Positions 28,564 to 39,176 of a DNA stretch of 64,000 nt are shown here, piece after piece; within the stretch, counting starts at the first letter, position 1, and every line of letters begins with the position of its first letter. Made by a program: the position numbers and the translations under genes. The notes under the pieces are model-generated. The model had not been told where the DNA came from. It did not search any database and saw only the letters and a program-made list of their open reading frames with translations. The stretch lies in the NCBI GenBank assembly GCA_964397545.1, contig CAYNIW010000008.1, forward strand, positions 5,478 to 69,477. The letters are read 5' to 3'. The DNA comes from an uncultured Desulfuromonadaceae bacterium. GTDB taxonomy: Bacteria > SDB-A.

Positions 28564-29461
28564 TATACTCGCTGTAGGGTCTGTCGCTTTAGACACAATC
28601 GAAAATCCAACCGGCAGGATAGACAACACTCCGGGCGGGTCATTGTCTTATTTTGCCTGCGCCGCCGCCTTATTCAAAAAAGTAATCCCCCTTTGCGCTG
28701 TCGGCACCGATTTTCCGCCTTTTTCAGAGGCATGGGGAACTGACAGAAAATTCGACACTTCAAATTTATCGGTCGAGGAAGGTCGAACTTTCCGTTGGGG
28801 GGGAAAATATTCAGAAGACCTTGATTTCAGACAGACCCTTTTTACCGAACTGGGTGTGTTTGAAAATTTTGAACCCGTCCTCAAAGGCAGGGCAAAAAAC
28901 GCCGGCTTTGTTTTTTTAGGCAACATTTCACCTCATCTGCAGTTGTCGGTCATCGAACAGTCGAGAAAAGATTCATTCAAAGCTCTCGACACTATGAATT
29001 ACTGGATAGACGGTTTCTACGAACCTCTTATAGAGGCTATTTCGAAAGTGGATCTGCTTTTCATCAACGATCAGGAACTTCTGCATATCACGGGCAGGAA
29101 AACAGAGACGTCTTCAATACTCGATATTTTCAAACTCGGGCTCCGTTATCTTGTCCTGAAAAAAGGTAAAAACGGCGCATTCGTCTTTTCAAGAGACAGA
29201 TACAGCTTTACCGGAATTTACAAAGATACAGCCGTCATAGACACGACAGGAGCGGGAGACTCTTTCGCGGGCGGCGTCATAGGACATCTCGCTTCAACCG
29301 CAGGCCCCGCGAAGCCCCGCGTCGGATGGAAAGAAGTGAGGAATTCCCTTGTTTATGGAGCAGCCGCAGCTTCATACGCTGTCGAAGGTTTCGGCCTTAC
29401 TTCTCTTCTAAGGGCTTCAAAAAAAGACATTGAAAAAAGAGCTTCGGAGATTCCCGTTTGA
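28556..29461 (+). CDS. PfkB-family carbohydrate kinase
   Basis: DTTGAGDSFAGG anion-hole motif near the C-terminus. Confidence 0.75.
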   Translation: MNDILAVGSVALDTIENPTGRIDNTPGGSLSYFACAAALFKKVIPLCAVGTDFPPFSEAWGTDRKFDTSNLSVEEGRTFRWGGKYSEDLDFRQTLFTELGVFENFEPVLKGRAKNAGFVFLGNISPHLQLSVIEQSRKDSFKALDTMNYWIDGFYEPLIEAISKVDLLFINDQELLHITGRKTETSSILDIFKLGLRYLVLKKGKNGAFVFSRDRYSFTGIYKDTAVIDTTGAGDSFAGGVIGHLASTAGPAKPRVGWKEVRNSLVYGAAAASYAVEGFGLTSLLRASKKDIEKRASEIPV

Positions 29462-29871
29462 AATACCCTCGTGAGTTTTCACTCTTTTTGAGGCTTACGG
29501 GCATCGTTTTTCTCGTTTTTTTTCTATGCTCCGAAACATTCGGTTTAAGCCAGCAGGTAAAGCACAGGCTGATGAGAACCGGTGCTCTTTCAATTTCCAT
29601 AGTATTTTGGCGCTACTTTGAAGAATTCAAAAAAAAAGAAGAAAACGCTCTGCCTCTTTTGTTTTTCATATTTCTTTTCGCCGGAATATTCAACGCTTTT
29701 TTTCCTTTGATCAGAATGACCTCCGCTCAGGCGTCTTTTTTTCTTGCAGTGTTCCTCTTGACGGCTTGCGCTAAGCTTGTATTGTCTTATAAATATTCAA
29801 ACCTGAAAAAACTCCGCGTAATTGCGTATCCTCTTCTCGGTCTTTTTTCTTTTCTCTCTCTGGCAGGCTGA
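29458..29871 (+). CDS. Hypothetical 4-TM membrane protein
   Basis: Hydrophobic helices only. Confidence 0.4.
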   Translation: MKYPREFSLFLRLTGIVFLVFFLCSETFGLSQQVKHRLMRTGALSISIVFWRYFEEFKKKEENALPLLFFIFLFAGIFNAFFPLIRMTSAQASFFLAVFLLTACAKLVLSYKYSNLKKLRVIAYPLLGLFSFLSLAG

Positions 29872-29872
29872 A

Positions 29873-30505
29873 ATGATTAGAATAGGAGCTTCTTTAATAT
29901 CTTCCGACCTGATGAACTTAGGCAAAGTCATTAAAAACCTTGAAAGAGCAGGACTGGATTTCATTCACTTTGACGTTATGGACGGGCATTTTGTCCCTAA
30001 TCTGACTTTCGGACCGGAGATGGCGCGCGCAATAAAAAAAACCACGAAACTGCCTCTGGATATTCATCTGATGACGGATGAACCCCGGAAAACCGCCCAA
30101 TGGTTTATCGACTGCAGTCCTGAATACCTTTCATGGCACATAGAAACAAAGGCTGATCACTTGGAGATAATATCATTTTTGAGGGAGAATAAAGTCAAAC
30201 CGGGCATGGCATTGAATCCTTCTACAGATGTCCAAAAGATAGCACCTTTTCTTGACTCTCTTGACTTCGTCCTCCTTATGAGCGTCAATCCCGGTTTCGG
30301 CGGGCAGAAATTTATCCCTGAAGTCGCCCAAAAAGCAGTTGAAATTTCAAAAAAGAAAAAAGTCGAATTATTCATAGACGGAGGCATAAACGACAAAACC
30401 GCTCCTGTCGCCGTCAGAGCGGGTATAACGAACCTCATCTCAGGCTCTTATCTTGTTCGATCACAGGATTATTCCGAAACTGTGAAAAAACTCAAAAATT
30501 CCTAA
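29873..30505 (+). CDS. rpe: Ribulose-phosphate 3-epimerase
   Basis: MIRIGASLISSD...HFDVMDGHFVPN...MSVNPGFGGQ. Confidence 0.85.
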   Translation: MIRIGASLISSDLMNLGKVIKNLERAGLDFIHFDVMDGHFVPNLTFGPEMARAIKKTTKLPLDIHLMTDEPRKTAQWFIDCSPEYLSWHIETKADHLEIISFLRENKVKPGMALNPSTDVQKIAPFLDSLDFVLLMSVNPGFGGQKFIPEVAQKAVEISKKKKVELFIDGGINDKTAPVAVRAGITNLISGSYLVRSQDYSETVKKLKNS

Positions 30506-30649
30506 AATAATAAACTGATTAAGCACTGATTCCGTGCGTTATTTTTTCTTCTCATTTCTTTTCTGATTTTATAAATAACTTAATTAAGCGTCATATAAAA
30601 ATGCGATTTAATTGGCATGTTTTATGCTTCCACTTTAGTGGAGGTTAAA

Positions 30650-31414
30650 ATGAAAATATCACAAAAATTTGTATTCGCTTTCAGCCTTGTCATTATAACA
30701 GGATGCTGTAAAAGGCCTTCAATGGTGAGAAACGCGGTAACTGTAACAGGAGACAGGCTTATAAAATTAACGTGGTCTCCTAATCCGGAGTCTGGAACGG
30801 ATTTTTACAGAGTTTATAGATGCCTCAGCTCTTCAGGTTATTATGAGCTAATTGCAGAGACGCCTTTTGAATACTTCAACGACTACGCAGTTTACAACGG
30901 AGTGACTTATTTTTACGCTTTATCCGCTGTAAACACCTGCGGAGAAGAAGGCCCTCTCACTGATTATCTTATATACGACACTCCCCGCCCTCAGGGATTT
31001 TACGCGAGCATCACGGACGTTTCACAGAACCCAGCGACCGCCGGCTGGGATTTTTCATCCTACTCGCGGTGCGACGCTTCGTCGCAGGTCTGCGACATAT
31101 ACTATGAATATACCGGCTCAACGGGCTACATTGTCTGTTCGGACCTCAGCACAGACATTCAGGATATGGGCTGGGCATATTCCTTTGACGACATTTCTTA
31201 CGCGCCCTCAGGAGGCTGGTCTCCAACCGGAGACGCGGAAGCCATAGTAAATCATATTTACGTAATTTGGACAAGAACCGACAATTTCGCAAAAATATAT
31301 GTCCGTCAGGTGACCCCGACAGAAATCGTATTCGACTGGGCTTATCAGACTGACCCGGGAAACAGGGAGCTGAGCATCGGCCTGACCGACAATAATTCTG
31401 TTGAAATAAAATGA
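30650..31414 (+). CDS. Lipoprotein with a fibronectin type III-like domain
   Basis: RBS GGAGG. Lipobox ITGCCK. LTWSPNPESGTDFYRVYR...YFYALSAVNTCGEEGP Fn3 pattern. Confidence 0.5.
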   Translation: MKISQKFVFAFSLVIITGCCKRPSMVRNAVTVTGDRLIKLTWSPNPESGTDFYRVYRCLSSSGYYELIAETPFEYFNDYAVYNGVTYFYALSAVNTCGEEGPLTDYLIYDTPRPQGFYASITDVSQNPATAGWDFSSYSRCDASSQVCDIYYEYTGSTGYIVCSDLSTDIQDMGWAYSFDDISYAPSGGWSPTGDAEAIVNHIYVIWTRTDNFAKIYVRQVTPTEIVFDWAYQTDPGNRELSIGLTDNNSVEIK

Positions 31415-31794
31415 AAAAAATTATCGCCTTATTTCTCCTGTTCACGTCTTTCCTTCCTCCTCTCCCGTCTCTCTGTTCTTACAGAGAGACGGGGCTTTCC
31501 GTCAGGTCCGGGCCCTCGCCGGTAAACCCTCCGGCACAAATCTCAAATCCCGGATCTCTCAAAGGAGGGAAAATTTTTTCATCAAACATCCCTCCGTCAG
31601 TTATGATTTCAATTATAAACAGTTTTGACTTTTTCTGGGACGAGAACAACGACGGAAGTTCATACAGGCCCGTGGTAAGATTTGACACAAGCCGGATTTT
31701 TTCCAAATACATTAAAACTAAAACCCGCATCTGAAGAGCTCATCTCTTCAATCTCCCTCTTGTGAATTTCGCCTGTATTTGCGATAATGTATCC

Positions 31795-32880
31795 ATGAAA
31801 AATCCTTTCGATATAATTTTCATGAAGAAAGCCCTGAAAGCGGCGAAGACAAGGGAGGACAAAAACCTTCCTAATCCTGCTGTGGCCTGCCTTGTTGTAA
31901 AAAAAGACAAAATCATCTCAAAAGCTGTTCACATGGGCTGCGGAAAACCGCACGCGGAAAGAGCCGCTCTTGAAAAAGCAGGAAGAGAGGCGGCAGGTTC
32001 GACTCTTTATGTCAATCTCGAACCGTGCTGTCATTACGGCAGAACTCCGCCGTGCACAGAAATAATAATAAAATCAAAAGTAAAAAAAGTGGTTTATGCC
32101 CTGCAAGATCCCAACGAGCTGGTCTGCGGAAAAGGCTGTGAAGAATTGAAAAAGGCGGGGATTGAGGTCCTCTCCGGTGTGTGCGCCGAAGAGGCTTTTG
32201 AAATGAATGAAAAATATTTTGTCGCCCGTCTTTATAAAAGGCCTTTTATAAGCCTGAAAGCGGCTTCCACGGCCGACGGATTCGTCCGTGACAGAAACGG
32301 CGTGTCGAAATGGATTACGGGAAACGCCGCAAGGGCATTCGGACGGAAACTCCGGTCAGCCCATTCAGCTGTCGCCGTCGGAACGAATACCGTCATCGAG
32401 GACAACCCTAATTTGACTTCCGGTCAAAAAAAACATAAAGAACCACTCAGGGTTATCCTCGACAGACAGGGAAGAATACCTCGCGAAAGCAAAGTTTTTA
32501 AGGACGAAAATTACGTTTTGTTCTCTTCGGTCAAAAAGGGGATGCCGAGGACAGAGATTCTTGAAGGAAAAAAATTCTCCTTTCCGGAAATACTTGACAT
32601 GCTCTACGGCAAATATTCCGTTTTTTCTCTCCTGGTCGAGGGAGGACCGTCTTTGTTATCGTATTTATACAATTCAAATCTTTTTGACAGGATTTATCAT
32701 TTCACTTCACCTTTTTTTCTCGGCGAAGGCCTGAAAATGATAGATGGGAAGTTCACTTTGGAAAAACATCCTCTCCTAATCAGAAAGAAGGTTCTTTCTA
32801 TTGAAGAAGACTTGCTCTCGGTTTACAGTAATTCGGAAAGAAAAATAAAAATCGGAGACAGTGGTTGTTTACAGGTTTGA
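31795..32880 (+). CDS. ribD: Bifunctional riboflavin biosynthesis deaminase/reductase RibD
   Basis: Deaminase HAERAAL...PCCHYGRTPPC. C-terminal reductase domain. Confidence 0.85.
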   Translation: MKNPFDIIFMKKALKAAKTREDKNLPNPAVACLVVKKDKIISKAVHMGCGKPHAERAALEKAGREAAGSTLYVNLEPCCHYGRTPPCTEIIIKSKVKKVVYALQDPNELVCGKGCEELKKAGIEVLSGVCAEEAFEMNEKYFVARLYKRPFISLKAASTADGFVRDRNGVSKWITGNAARAFGRKLRSAHSAVAVGTNTVIEDNPNLTSGQKKHKEPLRVILDRQGRIPRESKVFKDENYVLFSSVKKGMPRTEILEGKKFSFPEILDMLYGKYSVFSLLVEGGPSLLSYLYNSNLFDRIYHFTSPFFLGEGLKMIDGKFTLEKHPLLIRKKVLSIEEDLLSVYSNSERKIKIGDSGCLQV

Positions 32881-33443
32881 TAGAGGAAACCGGCGTGGTG
32901 AAAAGTATTTCGGGGAAAGGGACTTTTTGGGATATAACAATCTCCTGTCTTAAAACCCTCGAAGACCTCAAAAAAGGCGATTCAGTTTGCGTTGACGGAA
33001 TGTGCCTGACTGCCGTCGAAAAAGGAACACGCGATTTTAGGGCTCAATTGTCCCTGACTACGGTCAAAACAACAAAAGCAAAGTATTACAAAACAGGTTC
33101 GGTCGTCAACCTCGAAAGAGCTCTCAGGGCGGACGGCCGAATAGGCGGACATTTCGTCCAGGGTCACGTGGAAGGAATCGGCAAAATCAGAAAATTTCTC
33201 CGGTCCAGGGGAAATTCAGCTCTTGAAGTCTCGGTTCCAAAAGAAATCCACGGAAGAATAACTTCCAAAGGCTATATCGCCATTGACGGAATCAGCTTGA
33301 CAGTCAACTCTGTTAAAGGATCAACCCTCAGAGTTACCGTGATAGAAGAGACTTTTCAGAGAACCAATCTGAAATTCGCCCGTGCAGGCATGCCCGTAAA
33401 CATTGAAAGCGATTTCATGTCACCCCAAACACGGAGCGTATAA
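32865..33443 (+). CDS. ribE: Riboflavin synthase alpha chain
   Basis: [12 protein letters not shown]...[12 protein letters not shown] with an internal repeat. Confidence 0.85.
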   Translation: MFTGLIEETGVVKSISGKGTFWDITISCLKTLEDLKKGDSVCVDGMCLTAVEKGTRDFRAQLSLTTVKTTKAKYYKTGSVVNLERALRADGRIGGHFVQGHVEGIGKIRKFLRSRGNSALEVSVPKEIHGRITSKGYIAIDGISLTVNSVKGSTLRVTVIEETFQRTNLKFARAGMPVNIESDFMSPQTRSV

Positions 33444-33444
33444 C

Positions 33445-34644
33445 ATGATATGGAAAATCGAAGACGCCGTTGAAGACATAAGATCCGGAAAGATAGTTAT
33501 AGTAGTAGATGACGAAGACAGGGAGAATGAAGGAGACATGGTGATTTCAGCCCAGATGGTTTCGTGCGAAGACATAAATTTCATAACTAAATACGCAAGA
33601 GGCCTTTTATGCGTTTCCATGCCCGAAGAACGAATGGACAAGCTCGGAATTCCCATGATGACGCAAAAAAATACAGCTCCCTATCAGACGGCATTCGGAG
33701 TCTCGGTTGACGCCGCCAAGGGCATAACGACAGGCATAAGCACTCACGACAGAGCGAGGACGATTAACCTCCTTGCATCGGAAAACTCAAGCCCTTCCGA
33801 TTTCGTAATGCCCGGACATATATTCCCTCTCAAGGCAAAAAAAGGCGGTGTTCTCCGCAGAGCCGGGCACACAGAAGCGGTTGTCGATTTAATGAATATC
33901 GCCGGACTCCCTCCGGCAGGAGTCCTGTGTGAAATACTTGCCGATGACGGATCCATGGCAAGGCTCCCGCAGCTTGAAGAACTGTCCCTAAGACTCGGAC
34001 TGAAAATCATCACCATAAAAGACCTCATATCTTACAGGACAAAAAAGGAAAAGCTGGTCAAGCGAACCGCCTCGGCAACTATACCTACGAAGTGGGGGGA
34101 TTTCAAACTTTATCTCTATGAAACTGATATGAACAACGATATTCACGCCGCTCTTGTCAAGGGTGATCTCACTACACGAGAAAGCGTCCTCGTCAGGGTC
34201 CACTCTGAATGCTTCACCGGGGATGTCCTCGGTTCAATAAAATGCGACTGCGGAGACCAGCTCCACTCAGCAATGAAAATGATCGGAGACGAAGGCGTGG
34301 GCGTTCTGCTCTATATGAGACAAGAAGGCAGAGGAATAGGTCTTGTAAATAAAATCCGGGCATACTCTCTTCAGGAAAAAGGATATGACACGGTTGACGC
34401 GAATCTCTGCCTCGGGTTCAAACCCGACGAAAGAGATTACGGCATTGGAGCTCAGATTCTTTCAGATCTCGGCTTGACGAAAATAAAAGTCATGACAAAC
34501 AATCCTAAAAAGCTGATCGGTTTAACCAGTTTCGGACTAAGCATAGTCGAAAGAGTTCCCATAGAGATTCAGCCCCACGATAAAAATATACAATACCTTA
34601 AAACAAAAAAGGAAAAACTAGGTCACATCTTAAAGGAGGTTTAG
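33445..34644 (+). CDS. ribBA: Bifunctional DHBP synthase / GTP cyclohydrolase II
   Basis: [10 protein letters not shown] (RibB). CDCGDQL...GRGIGL (RibA zinc site). Confidence 0.85.
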   Translation: MIWKIEDAVEDIRSGKIVIVVDDEDRENEGDMVISAQMVSCEDINFITKYARGLLCVSMPEERMDKLGIPMMTQKNTAPYQTAFGVSVDAAKGITTGISTHDRARTINLLASENSSPSDFVMPGHIFPLKAKKGGVLRRAGHTEAVVDLMNIAGLPPAGVLCEILADDGSMARLPQLEELSLRLGLKIITIKDLISYRTKKEKLVKRTASATIPTKWGDFKLYLYETDMNNDIHAALVKGDLTTRESVLVRVHSECFTGDVLGSIKCDCGDQLHSAMKMIGDEGVGVLLYMRQEGRGIGLVNKIRAYSLQEKGYDTVDANLCLGFKPDERDYGIGAQILSDLGLTKIKVMTNNPKKLIGLTSFGLSIVERVPIEIQPHDKNIQYLKTKKEKLGHILKEV

Positions 34645-35112
34645 ATGCCCGTTATAATGGTAGGCAGATATTCCGGAAAAGGAAAAAAATTCGCTCTCAT
34701 AGCTTCCCGATTCAATTCATCTATCACCTCCAGGCTTGTTGAGGGAGCGATGGACGGCTTTTTGAGGCACGATGTCCTTGAATCGGATATTTCTGTAATC
34801 TGGGTTCCCGGCGCTTTCGAAATACCTTCAGTGGCGAAAAAAGCCGCCGCATCAGGAAAATATGACGCTGTTTTGTGCCTTGGCTCGGTTATCAGAGGAG
34901 AAACTCCTCACTTTGACTTTGTAGCTTCGGAAGTTTCAAAAGGCATCGCTGCTGTCGGGATTGATTCAAAAATCCCGGTTATATACGGCGTTATAACTGC
35001 GGACACTCAGGAACAAGCTCTTGACAGATCAGGTATTAAATCCGGAAACAAAGGCTTCGATGCGGCTTTGTCAGCTTTAGAAATGGCAAATCTGTATTTT
35101 GAAATGGGATGA
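34645..35112 (+). CDS. ribH: 6,7-dimethyl-8-ribityllumazine synthase
   Basis: FALIASRFN...WVPGAFEIP. Confidence 0.9.
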   Translation: MPVIMVGRYSGKGKKFALIASRFNSSITSRLVEGAMDGFLRHDVLESDISVIWVPGAFEIPSVAKKAAASGKYDAVLCLGSVIRGETPHFDFVASEVSKGIAAVGIDSKIPVIYGVITADTQEQALDRSGIKSGNKGFDAALSALEMANLYFEMG

Positions 35113-35115
35113 TAC

Positions 35116-35517
35116 TTGCAGTCTCTTCACAGTCTCAGGAAATTCATAGTTAAAAAACTTTACAGAGATGAATTTCTCTCTGAAGACGACTGCTTTTTTT
35201 TAGAATATTACGGCAAAAATCTCCAAAGTGAAGATTTAGCCTGGATAGAAACTAAAATATCTTCCATAAAAAATAATCTCGCTGAAATCGATTCTTTAAT
35301 AAAAAACAATTCGACTAATTGGAATTTTGAAAGAGTAGGACTTGTCGAAAAACAGATACTCCGTCTTTCAATTGCTGAAATTCTCTTTTTCCCTGAAGTT
35401 CCCGTTGCGGTAGCCATGGATGAAGCCATCAGGCTCGGTAAAGAATTTTGCGGCCCCAAAGCCGCGCCTTACATAAACGGAATGCTTGAATCCGTGGCGA
35501 GGGAAAAATCAAAATAG
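35116..35517 (+). CDS. nusB: Transcription antitermination factor NusB
   Basis: Typical NusB length and helical pattern, at the end of the rib operon as in many bacteria. Confidence 0.8.
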   Translation: MQSLHSLRKFIVKKLYRDEFLSEDDCFFLEYYGKNLQSEDLAWIETKISSIKNNLAEIDSLIKNNSTNWNFERVGLVEKQILRLSIAEILFFPEVPVAVAMDEAIRLGKEFCGPKAAPYINGMLESVAREKSK

Positions 35518-36266
35518 CTGTTTTTTCGGACATTCACGGAAACCTCCACGCCTTTGAAGAACTTAAAAAGCGTTTATCCTCAGTCTGCCCTGACTTGACT
35601 TTTTTTCTGGGCGACGCAGTCGATTACTGCGCTTTCCCGAATGAATGCGTCGAAAGAGTTGAAGAGGTCTCGGACATAAAGCTTTTTGGCAATCACGAAG
35701 CATGCATACTTGGCATGATAGACGAAGAATATTTCACGGAAACTGCAAAACAGTCTCTGAGGTGGACAAAAAAGGTTTTATCCTCTTCTTCAATAGAAAA
35801 GATTTCCTCATGGGATTTGACTAATAAAAATCTTTACGGTTGCTGGGAATCGGTTTTCTCGCACAGTTCATATTCCTCCCCGGATTCATGGGAATACATT
35901 TTCGGGCAAAAAGAGGCAAAAAAAGAGTTCGAAAAAACATCAAAAGAATCGCCGGGGCTGGTTTTCATAGGACACACTCACTCTCCGGCTGTTTATCTTT
36001 TAGATGACTCAGTCTGTCATTCAGTGCCCTGCTCAAAATCGCGATTGGAAATTGACCTGAAGCCCGGCTTGAGATACATTGTAAACGTGGGCAGTTCAGG
36101 TCAGCCGAGAGACGGAATATACATGCCGTCGTATGCCGTTTTAGACACTCAAAAAAACAGTGTTATTATCGACCGTTTTGACTACAATGCTGAAGATGCT
36201 TCAAATGAGATAATCAAAAGAGGGCTTCCCAAGAATTTAGCCATGCGTATATTGACAGGAACATGA
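35508..36266 (+). CDS. Metallophosphoesterase (YfcE-like); apparent non-canonical ATC start
   Basis: Motif I (KIAVFSDIHGN) lies upstream of the first ATG/GTG/TTG. Reading ATC at 35508 as the start gives the canonical MKIAVFSDIHGN N-terminus. GDAVDY and GNHE motifs follow. Confidence 0.55.
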   Translation: MKIAVFSDIHGNLHAFEELKKRLSSVCPDLTFFLGDAVDYCAFPNECVERVEEVSDIKLFGNHEACILGMIDEEYFTETAKQSLRWTKKVLSSSSIEKISSWDLTNKNLYGCWESVFSHSSYSSPDSWEYIFGQKEAKKEFEKTSKESPGLVFIGHTHSPAVYLLDDSVCHSVPCSKSRLEIDLKPGLRYIVNVGSSGQPRDGIYMPSYAVLDTQKNSVIIDRFDYNAEDASNEIIKRGLPKNLAMRILTGT

Positions 36267-37492
36267 AAAACATTTACCCCTTAATTTTTGCCGCTTTGCT
36301 GTTTTCCTGCAGAGAAGATAAAAGACGGGACTTAACCCTCAGAACCGATTCAATAGAATTCACAAAATCCCCCTCTGCCGAAACTCTCATGGGAACATTG
36401 GATTCGGGTGAGTATCTTTCTTCCCTTCTAGTCAGAGTTTCTCCTTCCGCGGTGAATGTCGGCGAAGTATCCCTTGTCTTCGGAAAGCTTTTCAGGACGG
36501 AACAATGCCGCCCCGGCGAAAGTCTTTTTGTTTACATTGAATCCGACACAGTCGCCGGCATCGTGTTTAAGCGAAAAGAAGACCAGATCTACAGAGTTTT
36601 CCGGACACAATCCGGTTGGGAGGGAGAGACGGTAATTGTCGATGTCTCTTTTGTCCCTTTCGTCATCAAAGGCTCCATTGATTCAGAAAATCCTTCCCTC
36701 TGGCAGAGTATAATCAGTTCGGGCGGCAGCGACGATGTTGCCGCCGCTTTTTGTAATTTACTCGAGTATCAGGCGGATTTTACTTTCAGCTCGAGAACAG
36801 GAGATTCTTTTGAAATTTTAATTTTCAAGAAATATTTCGAAGGAAATCTGATTGGGAGGACGCCGATTATCTCGGGCAGTTACTGGGGCTCAAAAACCAG
36901 AGGCAATGTGTATTTATTTCCTTACTCGAGATTCACTCATTTCAGCCTGGACGGCCAGAGCGCTCAGAGAAGATTTTTAAGCTCTCCAGTGTCATATTCA
37001 AGGATATCCTCTGGATTCTCACCCGCGAGATTTCACCCGATACTCCATTACACGAGAGCTCACAGAGGCGTTGATTATTCCGCTCCGACGGGAACACCTG
37101 TTTCCGCGATCGCATCAGGCACTGTTACTCTCTCAGGATGGGCTGGAGAAGCCGGAATCGCCGTTAGGATAAAGCACTCCGGAGGAGTTGAGAGCGAATA
37201 TTATCATCTAAGCAGAATATCGGACGGAGTATCTGTCGGCCGCAGAGTCGAGCAGGGACAGGTCGTCGGTTTTGTCGGCTCTACGGGTCTTTCAACAGGA
37301 CCTCATCTGCATTTCGGAATAAAGATTGACGGCAAACACGTCGATCCACTGCCTGTGCTCGAGAAAGCATCCGGAGAACCTCTGCCTCCTGAAGAAAAAA
37401 TAATCTTTAAGAAAGCGATACGATACTACAATTTTATGAGCGAAGTAGTCTCAGAACTTAACTTTATTGAAATTAAAAATTTTATTTTCTGA
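36263..37492 (+). CDS. M23 (LytM) family peptidase lipoprotein
   Basis: Lipobox LLFSC. HRGVDY...GSTGLSTGPHLHFGI zinc site. Confidence 0.8.
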   Translation: MKNIYPLIFAALLFSCREDKRRDLTLRTDSIEFTKSPSAETLMGTLDSGEYLSSLLVRVSPSAVNVGEVSLVFGKLFRTEQCRPGESLFVYIESDTVAGIVFKRKEDQIYRVFRTQSGWEGETVIVDVSFVPFVIKGSIDSENPSLWQSIISSGGSDDVAAAFCNLLEYQADFTFSSRTGDSFEILIFKKYFEGNLIGRTPIISGSYWGSKTRGNVYLFPYSRFTHFSLDGQSAQRRFLSSPVSYSRISSGFSPARFHPILHYTRAHRGVDYSAPTGTPVSAIASGTVTLSGWAGEAGIAVRIKHSGGVESEYYHLSRISDGVSVGRRVEQGQVVGFVGSTGLSTGPHLHFGIKIDGKHVDPLPVLEKASGEPLPPEEKIIFKKAIRYYNFMSEVVSELNFIEIKNFIF

Positions 37493-37494
37493 AA

Positions 37495-38406
37495 ATGAAT
37501 GCCGTCAAAATTAATGACCTAAAAAAAAACTATTCCCGGGGATTCATCCCTAAAAAAATCAACGCCCTGAACGGGCTTTCATTTAACGTCGAAGCCGGCC
37601 GCATATACGGCCTCCTTGGACCAAACGGCGCGGGTAAATCTACAACGATGAAAATTTTAACCGGGTTGGTCAGAAAAGACGGCGGTTCTGCGGAGATTTT
37701 CTCTAAGCCGGCCGGAAGCATGGAGTCAAAAAAAATGCTCGGTTTTCTGCCGGAAAATCCTGTTTTCTATTCTCACCTTACGGGTTACGAATTTCTTCAG
37801 TTATCTTTTGATTTAATCGGGAAAAAACCGGAGAAAAACCGGACTCACCTACTTTTGGAGTCCGTCGGGATAGCGGAAGTATCCGGAAACCAGATAAAGA
37901 CATATTCCAAAGGCATGCTTCAGAGACTCGGAATTGCACAGGCGATAGCCGGTGAACCGGAACTTCTGATACTCGACGAACCTCTTTCCGGAGTAGATCC
38001 AGTCGGAAGAACCGAGATAAAGGAAATTATAAGGGGCTTGAAAAACAGTGGCAAAACCGTCGTCCTTTCCACCCACACTCTGCCGGATATTGAAGAACTC
38101 GCGGACGATATCGGCATAATTGACAAAGGCAGGCTGATCCTCGGAGATTCGCTTTTCAACATAACCTCGAAATACCGCAAACTATTTCTTCTCGTCGTTG
38201 AGAGAACCGGTGGACCCCCTAAGGCGACCTCAAAAAATATTGAGTTTGCAAACTGCGGTGAAAATCTTTGGAAGACAGAAGGAGAACGCGAAGACCTTGA
38301 AAACGAAATATTTTCCTTCAGAAATGAAAAAATCAAGATAATCAAATTCGGTCCTTCACTTTCTCCTCTCGAGCAGACTTTCGTCTCTCTAATAGGAAAA
38401 AAATGA
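37495..38406 (+). CDS. ABC transporter ATP-binding protein
   Basis: GPNGAGKST Walker A, LSGG-like signature and Walker B ILDEP. Confidence 0.85.
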   Translation: MNAVKINDLKKNYSRGFIPKKINALNGLSFNVEAGRIYGLLGPNGAGKSTTMKILTGLVRKDGGSAEIFSKPAGSMESKKMLGFLPENPVFYSHLTGYEFLQLSFDLIGKKPEKNRTHLLLESVGIAEVSGNQIKTYSKGMLQRLGIAQAIAGEPELLILDEPLSGVDPVGRTEIKEIIRGLKNSGKTVVLSTHTLPDIEELADDIGIIDKGRLILGDSLFNITSKYRKLFLLVVERTGGPPKATSKNIEFANCGENLWKTEGEREDLENEIFSFRNEKIKIIKFGPSLSPLEQTFVSLIGKK

Positions 38407-39176
38407 AAAAGACTCTCTCTATCGCCGAAAATACTCTTAAAATAATCGCCAGAGAAAGATCTCTTTATTTTATCTCTGTATTCCCTCTTTTTATGGCTTT
38501 GATGGCTGTCCTCATAAAACCTCTCGTCCTCGGAGAATTCGAAAAAATTCTCAACGATTTCGCCAATTCCACCCTGCTCCTCACGGGTATTCTAATATCT
38601 GTCATCACCGGGACTTCAGTTATACAGACTGAGCTTAAACAAAAAACAATTTATCTTATACTCTCAAAACCAGTCCGCAAAGAATGTTATGTTTTCGGAA
38701 AATTTTTAGGCATGTATGCGGGTGTTTTCATTCTCCAAACAGCAATAGCTGTATTGTTTATAGCTGTTTTTCTCACGACAGGATTCTCTTTAAGAAACGG
38801 CTTTTTTATTAACTTCGTCTTCGTCCAGTTTCAACTCCTGATTGTATGCTCTCTGAGCGTTTTCTTTTCTTCATTCGCGACTCCAGTTACAAGCGCAGTG
38901 TTCACTTTCCTCACTGTCGTGTCAGGGATGTTTCTTTCATCAGCTCTTAATTTCAGCGATATCGGAGAAAAACTGAATCCGGTTGTCGCCTCAGCAGTAT
39001 CTATTCTCGGTTACATCCTTCCCGCATTGTCTCAGATTGACATAAACGTGCTCGCTTACAGCAACATCGCTTTGGGTTCAGATTTTATAATTTTTTCTGC
39101 CGCTTATTCTTTGTGTTACGTGACTGCTTGTCTTTTTCTTTCGGTTCTAATATTCGATGGAAAGGAATTCTCCTGA
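38403..39176 (+). CDS. ABC-2 type permease
   Basis: Six predicted TM helices. Translationally coupled to the ATPase. Confidence 0.6.
   Translation: MKKTLSIAENTLKIIARERSLYFISVFPLFMALMAVLIKPLVLGEFEKILNDFANSTLLLTGILISVITGTSVIQTELKQKTIYLILSKPVRKECYVFGKFLGMYAGVFILQTAIAVLFIAVFLTTGFSLRNGFFINFVFVQFQLLIVCSLSVFFSSFATPVTSAVFTFLTVVSGMFLSSALNFSDIGEKLNPVVASAVSILGYILPALSQIDINVLAYSNIALGSDFIIFSAAYSLCYVTACLFLSVLIFDGKEFS

Noticed and set aside
30620-30650. Hairpin CCACTTTAGTGG overlapping the GGAGG RBS of the Fn3 lipoprotein
   Set aside because: A 4-bp stem is too weak to call a regulatory element.
31440-31800. Possible FMN riboswitch upstream of ribD
   Set aside because: Partial resemblances only (CCGTCAGT; CGCCGGTAAACCC). 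The defining blocks GGTGAAATTCC and AGTCTGGATG are absent on both strands. It is kept as a finding about an unusual leader rather than a called riboswitch.
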